From Bacteroidaceae bacterium (GTDB taxonomy: Bacteria; Bacteroidota; Bacteroidia; Bacteroidales; UBA932), in assembly GCA_963642565.1 (NCBI GenBank), contig CAVIGZ010000004.1, positions 4,054-68,053 on the forward strand: a stretch of 64,000 nt of DNA, given 5' to 3'. A model generated the notes under the pieces. It was not told where the DNA came from, made no database searches, and saw nothing but the letters and a program-made list of their open reading frames with translations. Both the position numbers and the translations under genes were made by a program. Below, piece after piece: positions 56,778-64,000 of the stretch; positions within the stretch are counted from its first letter, which is position 1; every line of letters starts with the position of its first letter.

Positions 56778-58650
56778 CCGTCATCTCACAGCGCGCGCAG
56801 TCGAATGAGAGGGAGTAGCGTCTGCCGTTGTTGGTGAGGTACAGGCGACCGGACGGGTCGGCGCCCCCTTGATGCCTTCCCGTTTGCCGATGGACAGGGC
56901 ATAGGCCGAGTTCGTGGCGGATGCAGTACTTGGTGCGCATCAGTTCGGCGTCCGGGCGGCGGGAGATTTCGAAAGCGTTGTCGGTTGTCGCGGCATCCAA
57001 AGACAGGTAGGTTTCCCGGGCTATACGGTTGGCGATGTTCGCCTTGTACGAAAGATGGATGCCGTTGGAAGATGTTTCCTGAATGTCAAGAACTTGGGAT
57101 AACTCCGCACGGCCTGTCCCTTGGGCGGCCGGCAGCGGGATGGCCTTGCAGGGGATGGCTTCGAGGGCGGCGGCGAGATCCCGTCTTATGGCGTTCAGTG
57201 AGGAGGCCGGCAGGAACGGCAGCGTCCCGTCAGGGGTCTGCACGTCCAAAGAGCGGAGCGTGAATGAATATGTTCCCGTCACCTTTGAGATCTGGGCGGC
57301 GAACATCCCGCGCATCCTTTCCGGATTCTCCGCCGCGGTGCCATCTGCCTCACGCTCCAGAATGACGCTGCGTCCGTCCTGGCTTATTGCGCTGATCTTC
57401 AAGTGATAGGCTTTGCTGATCAAAATGTCCGCCGTCACGGGAATCGTCCTGACCGGAAGGTTGGAGTCCAGTTCTTTTTCAAAGGCCGCGCTGAGGTTGC
57501 GGTACAGTTTCGTTCCGGGATAGAGTCCCTGGACATTCCGGCACGTTATCCGGTTCCCTTGGCAGACATCGCCACGGAACCCGACGATCTCACCGCGGCC
57601 TTTGGCGATGAAAGAGAACCCGTCCCCGTTCCGAAGCCGGTCGGCAGGATTCTTCATCCGCACGGTTATCGTGGCATTATCCATGGAGACCACCGTCCCG
57701 ATCTCCTCCCCGATTGATTTAGGCGCATCCATCGAGGACCAGCCCGCCGACCGTCTCCCGTCCAAAAACAGCTGTGTGTACCCCCGGTTGAAAGTCTTGT
57801 TGAGATCCGGAGTGAACCCGCCTTCCGACTTCCCGAACGAGACCCTGCGGTACTTCTCCGGATTCGCCGCGACCAACTCATCCAATGCCAGTGAATATGC
57901 CCGCACGACGTTCCGCACGTAGGAGATGTTCTTCAACCGCCCCTCGATCTTGAACGAGCGGATTCCCGCCTCAGTCAGGTCTTTCAGTCTGTCCATGAGG
58001 TTGTAGTCCTTCAGCGACAGCAGGGCTTTGTTCCTCACGAGAACGTCCCCGGACTCATCCACAAGGTCATAGAGAGACCGGCATGCCTGAATGCACTCCC
58101 CCCGGTTGGCGCTTCGTCCGGCGACTCGTTCGGACATGTAGCATTGTCCGCTGTAGCAGACGCAGAGCGCTCCGTGGACGAAAAACTCCAATTCGCAGCC
58201 TACGGCGTCACGGATGGCCCTGATCTGTTCCAGGGACATCTCCCTTTCCAGGACAAGGCGTGAGGCTCCGAGACTTTCGTAGAGCCGGGCTTTCTCCGGA
58301 GTCCTTATCGCGCACTGTGTCGATGCGTGTACCGGCAGGTCGGTCAGTTTCCAGACCGCAAGATCCTGTGCGATGACGGCGTCCACTCCGGCGGCCTTCG
58401 CCCCGGCAAGCAGCCTTTCCGCCTCCGTAAGTTCATTGTCAAAAAGGATTGTGTTGAGTGTCAGGAAGATCCGCACGCCGAACCGGTGGGCATATTCCGT
58501 GAGTCTCCGGATTTCCTCCATCGGGTTTCCGGCAGCTTGACGCGCCCCGAACGCAGGGCCGGCCACATACACGGCATCGGCACCGCAGTCAATCGCCGCG
58601 ATGCCGATGTCAGCGTTTCTTGCCGGAGCAAGAAGTTCAAGACAGTCCAT
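56758..58650 (-). CDS. rlhA: U32 family protein with DUF3656 (RlhA-like 23S rRNA hydroxylase)
   Basis: LELLAPA, GADAVY, HASTQ, FVHGALCVCYSGQCY, RSANRGECIQACR, KIEGRLK, LMRTKYCIRHELGLC. Confidence 0.78.
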   Translation of the reverse strand: MDCLELLAPARNADIGIAAIDCGADAVYVAGPAFGARQAAGNPMEEIRRLTEYAHRFGVRIFLTLNTILFDNELTEAERLLAGAKAAGVDAVIAQDLAVWKLTDLPVHASTQCAIRTPEKARLYESLGASRLVLEREMSLEQIRAIRDAVGCELEFFVHGALCVCYSGQCYMSERVAGRSANRGECIQACRSLYDLVDESGDVLVRNKALLSLKDYNLMDRLKDLTEAGIRSFKIEGRLKNISYVRNVVRAYSLALDELVAANPEKYRRVSFGKSEGGFTPDLNKTFNRGYTQLFLDGRRSAGWSSMDAPKSIGEEIGTVVSMDNATITVRMKNPADRLRNGDGFSFIAKGRGEIVGFRGDVCQGNRITCRNVQGLYPGTKLYRNLSAAFEKELDSNLPVRTIPVTADILISKAYHLKISAISQDGRSVILEREADGTAAENPERMRGMFAAQISKVTGTYSFTLRSLDVQTPDGTLPFLPASSLNAIRRDLAAALEAIPCKAIPLPAAQGTGRAELSQVLDIQETSSNGIHLSYKANIANRIARETYLSLDAATTDNAFEISRRPDAELMRTKYCIRHELGLCPVHRQTGRHQGGADPSGRLYLTNNGRRYSLSFDCARCEMTVNKCEG

Positions 58651-58689
58651 TTTGCCCGAAGATCCCACCGTAAACGGTGAACGCAAAGG

Positions 58690-59625
58690 CTATTTGTTCA
58701 GAGCCGCGATCATCTGCTTGGCCTGTGCGCCGAACTTCGGATCGTCCTGAACCTTCTTGTAGAACTCAAGAGCCTTGGCGTTGTTCTTCGCTCCCTGATA
58801 GAGGGCTGCTACAGTGAATGTTATGGCCGGAGCGTTCTTCGCGTCCGGTTTCATCTCAAGGTACTTCTCGAAGTACTTGATCGCGTCCGCGTTCTTGCTG
58901 AGCTTCTGGGAACTCTGACCGGCGATGAGGTAGGCGGTGGCGTTCTCCGCAAAGCTGTTGGCCTTTTCGGCGGCCTTCACGGCATCAGCGAACTTCTGTC
59001 CCTTGAGGGCGGCGTTTGCCTGCCTTACATAGATGTTGGACACCTGCTCCTTTGCCTCGGCTTCCTCTCCGTTCCAAGCGGCGTGCTTGAAAGCCTCGAT
59101 GGCCTCCTCGGTCTTGCCCTGCGCTCCGAGAGCCTGTCCGAGATAGAGGGCGGTCTTTCCGGCGGTGGTGTCGCAGGCATAAGACTTCGCAAAACCGTCA
59201 GAGGCTGTGACGAAATCTTTCAGCTTGAGAGCGTTGACACCTTTCTGCAACCACATCTGAGGGACAAGGTCCTTGGCCTTGTCGGCAATCTCGGCGTTCT
59301 CGTATTCTGTGGCGATCTTCTCCACCTCGTCAAGCTTGACGGCGGCCTCGTCGTACTTCTCATCCTTGATCAGATCCTTGGCTACCTCAAGCGCGACCCC
59401 CGGGATGGCGTTCTTGCAGTTGGCCACGAGCTCATCGGCGTCAGCACCGATGGTCTTGCCCATCTCAAGGGCTTTCTGGAAACAGTCAAGCGCCTCTGTC
59501 CAGTTCTTCATTGAGATGGCTGTGGCTCCATTATTGTAGAGTTCTGTTGCCTGGGCCATGTCCTGGGCGGAAGCCATGCCGGCGGCCATAAATGCGGCCG
59601 CGATCGCGAGAATAAACTTTTTCAT
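58690..59625 (-). CDS. Exported TPR-repeat protein
   Basis: Signal peptide and repeated TPR helices (ALDCFQKAL, AIKYFEKYL, ALEFYKKV). Confidence 0.8.
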   Translation of the reverse strand: MKKFILAIAAAFMAAGMASAQDMAQATELYNNGATAISMKNWTEALDCFQKALEMGKTIGADADELVANCKNAIPGVALEVAKDLIKDEKYDEAAVKLDEVEKIATEYENAEIADKAKDLVPQMWLQKGVNALKLKDFVTASDGFAKSYACDTTAGKTALYLGQALGAQGKTEEAIEAFKHAAWNGEEAEAKEQVSNIYVRQANAALKGQKFADAVKAAEKANSFAENATAYLIAGQSSQKLSKNADAIKYFEKYLEMKPDAKNAPAITFTVAALYQGAKNNAKALEFYKKVQDDPKFGAQAKQMIAALNK

Positions 59626-59728
59626 CGTATCAAAATTATGTTAACTATATTCGCAACATCCACAAATGTAATAAAAAATTGTGTCAATTGCGCATAATTG
59701 GCTATTTTTGTCTTGGGAGGTGTCAGTA

Positions 59729-62257
59729 ATGTGTTACTTTATCAAATCAGTCTTGTGCTTCGCGCTGTTGGGTTTCTCAATAATGATGCCGGCGCAGGAT
59801 CTGCCTGTTCTCCAGAAGGACGGAGCCGTCACGACGGGCAGCCTCACCAACGGAATTTCCTACTACCTGGTGACCAATCCTTTGATGAAGGGAGTGGCCG
59901 ATTTCGCCCTTGTGCGCAAAGGCTGTAGCGACACGCTCGCAGCCAGAAAAGAACTTTCATCACTGCCTCACTTCAACAAGACAATCCCTTACAAGTTTCT
60001 GTCACGCAAAGGGGTAGGCTGCCGTCCGGAGGGCTACATCTCCTACCGGGACGATGCGGTCATATTCAGATTCGATGATGTCCCCGTCTTCGACCAGGCC
60101 GCGTCGGACACCACTCTTCTTCTGATGTTCGACCTCGTCGCGGCCTCTCCGTGCCAGCACGCGGTCATCATTGCAGGTGACATCAACCCTTCCGCCATCA
60201 TCGAGAGGATGAACGTCTTCTCTCTGATGGTTCCGTCACGCAACCCGGTCTATAGGAAAAAGGAATATGTCTGGAAACCTTCGGAGGAGGCTGAATATTC
60301 ATTCGTCCCGTCCCCTCAGTCCTCCGTGACGGTGGAGTTCCGCTCTCCGAGAACTCCGGACAATCAGATGGGGACCATCCAGCCGTTCATCTCGGAACTT
60401 TTCTCCAACTCGCTGCGCGGGATTGTCTCGAACCGTCTGCGGGAGACGTTCATGTCAAGAGGCATCCCTGTCCGGTCATCGGACGCCGAGTACCTCGGCA
60501 GTGCGGCCGGTGCGGGTGACGAGCGTTTCCGCATGACTGTCCGGACCTCCCGCAGCCAGCTGATGCCGGCGACTTTGGCCATAGCCTCCACTTTGTCGGA
60601 AATCTGTTCCAAAGGAATCGGGACCGATGAGTACAGGGTCGCCCGCAACTCCGTCCTGAACGGTTGCCTCAAGGCTTCCACCAACGACGCGATCGTCTGC
60701 CAGTGCGTCTCGGCTTACCTTTACGGGGCGGATCTGGCCTCTCCGGCGACAAAGGCGAAGTTCTTTTTGTCAAGGAACATGTCAGCTGCCGCCGAGACGG
60801 AGATCTTCAACGCCTACGTCTCCGCCCTGCTTTCAGGCATGGAGACCCCTTCGGTGACCTGGACAGGCGATGAGGATGACTATGACGGATGGTTCTGGCC
60901 GACGGCGTTCGAGTCGGCCGTGGAAGGTGTCTCGATGCTGGAAAAACCTGCCTGTCACTGGAGGACCAGTCCAAAGGACACTTCCGCATTTTGGAATGAC
61001 AAGAACAAGGTGAAGCTCAAGACTGTGGCGTCAGAGCCTGTCTCCGGCGGGGAGATGTGGACTTTCACCAACGGCATGAAGGTGATCTACAAGAAGATGG
61101 ACACCAAGGGCCGGTTCAGTTACTCATTGATGATAAAGGGCGGTTTCTCCACTGTGAGGAATCTCCGGCGCGGGGAGGGGGCTTTCTTCCCGGACATGTT
61201 CGGACTTAGCGAGATCGCCGGGATGCCGGGGAGCGATTTTGACAAGATTCTCAGGTCGAACGGTGTGGAGATGAACTGTGAGGTCTCCGCTTCGGATCTG
61301 CGTCTGTCGGGTTCCGCTCCGTCTGACAGGTTCACCCTTGTTCTCAAGGCATTGCTTTCCGCGGCCAACCGCAGAAAGTCGTCCGCGGCCGAGTTCGAGT
61401 CATGGCGGAATCAGGAACTTGCATCGCTGGAGCCAGCCTGTCTGGACAGCCTGATGTACCCGGACTACAATTACTCCTCCGTCAAGACACCGTCCGGCCT
61501 TACGCCGGAAGTCATGGACGATGCCTCGGCTTTTTTTGACAACCAGTTCCTTCGTTCGAACGACGGTGTTTTTGTGATAGTCGGCGACTTGTCCGCCGAG
61601 TCGGTTCAGAAGATTCTGTGCCAGTACATCGGAGGATTCCGTGTCAGCAAGTCCTCTACAGTCCGCCAGTTCGTCCCGTACAAGATGCGGATTGGTTCCA
61701 CGACATACTCCAGGACAGGCTCTCCGGTCAGCATAAGCATAGGCTTGGCGTGCGCCGAGCCTTTCACTACGGAGAACTACATGGCTTTCAAGGTCGCTGG
61801 ACTCGCCATCCAGCGAAGGTTGACCGGCGTGATGGCCGAACATGGCTTCAGCGTGAGGATGTCGGACCGTTTCAGCGTCTGGCCTCAGGAGACTCTGGAA
61901 CTGATTTTCAGATGCTCTCCGGTTCCGGAGACTGGACTCCCGTATGGGGTGGAGAGCGGTTCGTCACAGCCGATGGGAGCGCTTGTCGCGGCCAGGAAGG
62001 CGATAGAGACCGTGCTTTCGCAGCCGGTTGATGCGGCGGAACTCGCCTCGTGCAAGTCTCTGCTGGCCAACAACTACTCCGCTTACCTGTCGGACACGGA
62101 CAACTACATCGATGCCGTACTGATGCGTTATTCCGCCGGGAAGGACGTGCTGACCGGCTACAACAACAGAATCGGCAGCGTCTCCGCCGACAAGGTAAAG
62201 GAAATCTTCGGCGCCCTGTCCGAAGGAATGAGAATCGAATATGTCGTCAAGCAATAA
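59729..62257 (+). CDS. Degenerate M16 (PqqL/insulinase-like) protein lacking HxxEH
   Basis: GSLTNGISYYL and WTFTNGMKVIYKK half-domain starts, VIIAGDIN and VIVGDL motifs, no HxxEH. Confidence 0.7.
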   Translation: MCYFIKSVLCFALLGFSIMMPAQDLPVLQKDGAVTTGSLTNGISYYLVTNPLMKGVADFALVRKGCSDTLAARKELSSLPHFNKTIPYKFLSRKGVGCRPEGYISYRDDAVIFRFDDVPVFDQAASDTTLLLMFDLVAASPCQHAVIIAGDINPSAIIERMNVFSLMVPSRNPVYRKKEYVWKPSEEAEYSFVPSPQSSVTVEFRSPRTPDNQMGTIQPFISELFSNSLRGIVSNRLRETFMSRGIPVRSSDAEYLGSAAGAGDERFRMTVRTSRSQLMPATLAIASTLSEICSKGIGTDEYRVARNSVLNGCLKASTNDAIVCQCVSAYLYGADLASPATKAKFFLSRNMSAAAETEIFNAYVSALLSGMETPSVTWTGDEDDYDGWFWPTAFESAVEGVSMLEKPACHWRTSPKDTSAFWNDKNKVKLKTVASEPVSGGEMWTFTNGMKVIYKKMDTKGRFSYSLMIKGGFSTVRNLRRGEGAFFPDMFGLSEIAGMPGSDFDKILRSNGVEMNCEVSASDLRLSGSAPSDRFTLVLKALLSAANRRKSSAAEFESWRNQELASLEPACLDSLMYPDYNYSSVKTPSGLTPEVMDDASAFFDNQFLRSNDGVFVIVGDLSAESVQKILCQYIGGFRVSKSSTVRQFVPYKMRIGSTTYSRTGSPVSISIGLACAEPFTTENYMAFKVAGLAIQRRLTGVMAEHGFSVRMSDRFSVWPQETLELIFRCSPVPETGLPYGVESGSSQPMGALVAARKAIETVLSQPVDAAELASCKSLLANNYSAYLSDTDNYIDAVLMRYSAGKDVLTGYNNRIGSVSADKVKEIFGALSEGMRIEYVVKQ

Positions 62258-62852
62258 GTTCGGAACCATCATCCAGATCGGTGACATCCTTGTCTCTGAG
62301 GATGTCGTCACTGAATATTTCGCCTGTGACTACTCCCTTTGCAAAGGCTGCTGCTGCATCATCGGGGACAGCGGGGCCCCGCTGGAGGAGTCTGAACTGG
62401 AACCTTTGGAGGAGAACTACCCGGTATATTCAAAACTGATGAGGCCGCAGGGCCGCACCCGGATTGACAGGGAGGGGTTTTTCTCCATCGACCGGGACGG
62501 GGACATCGTGACTCCGGTCGTGGACCGGACGGAGGAGTGTGCCTACACCACTTTTGACGGGGAGGGCAACTGCTTCTGTTCCATCGAACGATGCTTCTTC
62601 CAAGGCACCTGCAAGTTCCGCAAGCCTCAGTCCTGCTGGCTCTACCCGATCCGTGTCACCAGACTCACCGGAGGCGGTAAGGCCCTGAATCTTCATCGCT
62701 GGGAAATCTGCAGGGACGCCTACGAAAAAGGCCGCCGCGAGGGCGTCCGCGTCTATGAGTTCCTCCGCGAACCCCTCATCTCCGTCTTCGGAGAAGACTT
62801 CTATGAAGCCCTCAACTTCGCCGCCGGAAAGATTCTTTCAAACGGCCGGTGA
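62241..62852 (+). CDS. DUF3109 family Cys-rich protein
   Basis: FACDYSLCKGCCCIIGDSGAPL, ECAY, CSIE, KPQSCWLYPIR. Confidence 0.85.
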   Translation: MSSSNKFGTIIQIGDILVSEDVVTEYFACDYSLCKGCCCIIGDSGAPLEESELEPLEENYPVYSKLMRPQGRTRIDREGFFSIDRDGDIVTPVVDRTEECAYTTFDGEGNCFCSIERCFFQGTCKFRKPQSCWLYPIRVTRLTGGGKALNLHRWEICRDAYEKGRREGVRVYEFLREPLISVFGEDFYEALNFAAGKILSNGR

Positions 62853-62868
62853 CGGGCCGGAAAGAGAA

Positions 62869-63087
62869 TCACTCTGCCTTGTCGTCGGAGGCGAGGAGAG
62901 CCACCGCTGCATCATAGTCGGCGGCGTTGACCTTGACCTCCACGGGATCGACATAGTTCAGCGAGACGTAGGAGGAGTTCTCTCCGAACACTGCGGCAGG
63001 GATGCCGTTCTCATTGAGCATTCCAGCTGTGATGTGGGCGCTCATCGCATTGTCGAACTTCGCGACAGTCTTGAGTTCTTCTGCCAT
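62869..63087 (-). CDS. DUF2007-like small protein
   Basis: AHITAGMLNENGIPA…VEVKVNAADYDAAVALL. Confidence 0.7.
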   Translation of the reverse strand: MAEELKTVAKFDNAMSAHITAGMLNENGIPAAVFGENSSYVSLNYVDPVEVKVNAADYDAAVALLASDDKAE

Positions 63088-63115
63088 AATCTTTGAATAT
63101 TGGATGGTTGAGTTG

Positions 63116-63586
63116 TCACTCCTCGTCCAGTGCCCTGAACTTGTACTCCAGACCGCCGACAATCCGCACCACCTCCTTGGTGAGGCCCTCGACCTCGAAG
63201 CCGCCGAGTTCGCGGGTCATCGTGATCCGGTCCTCGAACATCTTGAAGAGAGCGCTGAACCTGGAGCGGAGACGGAAGGTCATGTTCTCGCCGTCCTCGC
63301 TTTCCAGACGGTAGCCGCGCGCCTCCATGTAGTCAATGATCCCGCCGCGGAGGTCGGAATATTCACCTTTCAGCATGGCGGATCTTCTGATGAAGCCGAA
63401 CCTCGGGTAGAACGCCGAGACCAAGGCGAACAGGGCGGCTATCTGCCACAGGGACTTGTAGCCGTCGCGGAACATCAGGCCTATGTCGGCCTTGACGACT
63501 CCGATCAGCACCAGGGCCGCCATGATGACCACAAGCAGGATGGTGAAATAGAAAAAGTATTTGACTGCTCTGACAAAGTATTTCAT
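63116..63586 (-). CDS. Hypothetical membrane protein
   Basis: Two N-terminal TM helices. TATCTTTG -7 element at 63613-63620 on the minus strand. Confidence 0.65.
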   Translation of the reverse strand: MKYFVRAVKYFFYFTILLVVIMAALVLIGVVKADIGLMFRDGYKSLWQIAALFALVSAFYPRFGFIRRSAMLKGEYSDLRGGIIDYMEARGYRLESEDGENMTFRLRSRFSALFKMFEDRITMTRELGGFEVEGLTKEVVRIVGGLEYKFRALDEE

Positions 63587-63671
63587 TGTTAGTGCGATTT
63601 TTGCTATAAAGACAAAGATATGAAATAGTTTTGTTATTTTTGTGTCATCAATCAATAAATCGAAGAAGACT

Positions 63672-64000
63672 ATGGTAGAAATAGATCCTATTCAGGAGCG
63701 CCGTGAGCGCGAAGAGCAAGAGAGGAAGAATGAAAGCCTCAGGAAGACGATGTGGGCGCTTGTGGCTGTGGCCGTGCTGCTTGCCGCCGGCCTTGCCTAC
63801 ATCTGGTTCTCGAAGTCCAGCCTCGTGAAGGACCTGAATGCGGAGAAGGAAGACCTTACCCAGCAGATGATCGCATTGAAGGGGGACTACGACAGCCTTT
63901 CCTCAGACTACGCCACGATCAACAGCCAGCTGGATTCCTCCAAGGAAGAGGTCAGCCAGCTGATCGAGAGAATACAGAAGACCGAGGCCACGAACCGCCG
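63672..64000 (+). CDS. Membrane-anchored coiled-coil protein (partial, runs off right edge)
   Basis: Absent from the ORF track. ATG 63672 reads MVEIDPIQERRERE…MWALVAVAVLLAAGLAYIWF…, followed by heptad-rich sequence. TATTTTTG -7 element at 63635. Confidence 0.7.
   Translation, partial: MVEIDPIQERREREEQERKNESLRKTMWALVAVAVLLAAGLAYIWFSKSSLVKDLNAEKEDLTQQMIALKGDYDSLSSDYATINSQLDSSKEEVSQLIERIQKTEATNR

Noticed and set aside
1..64000. CRISPR arrays, tRNA/rRNA genes, transposases, prophage genes
   Set aside because: None recognised by eye. Intergenic gaps are short, and a tRNAscan/Infernal run would be needed to exclude small RNAs.

Overview
64-kb chromosomal window from a Bacteroidales-type bacterium, judged from the SusC/SusD genes, TAnnTTTG -7 promoter elements and Bacteroidales-like housekeeping genes. 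The left part looks origin-proximal. It has a partial mnmG/gidA carrying a perfect parS palindrome, then ybeY, tonB, hflX, sdh/frdAB without a membrane anchor gene, an Ntn-hydrolase and ruvB. A DnaA-box-rich AT-rich gap (candidate oriC) precedes mfd and the coaX-OMP-TPR-lptC-ppiD cluster. A ~20-kb polysaccharide utilisation locus follows, with two tandem SusC/SusD pairs, a surface lipoprotein, two paralogous GH99-like proteins of unclear family, a GH78 and a DUF5722-type clan-A-like hydrolase. Next come ychF, an EEP nuclease, galK, a small scar region (truncated DUF4143 gene between two copies of the 3' end of a CpXC gene), a YeiH exporter, a zincin/propeller/barrel outer-membrane protein and an S41 protease. 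The most striking locus (51.1-56.8 kb) is a five-gene operon. It encodes a NapC/NirT tetraheme cytochrome fused to an FGE/SUMF1-like domain, Tat-exported Gfo/Idh/MocA and TIM-barrel sugar enzymes, and its own system II cytochrome c maturation genes. I infer a periplasmic sugar-redox module wired to the quinone pool. Its ccsA carries in-frame copies of a REP-like palindrome found intergenically elsewhere in the window. No rRNA, tRNA, CRISPR array, integrase or transposase was seen. All calls come from motif reading by eye, without database searches.
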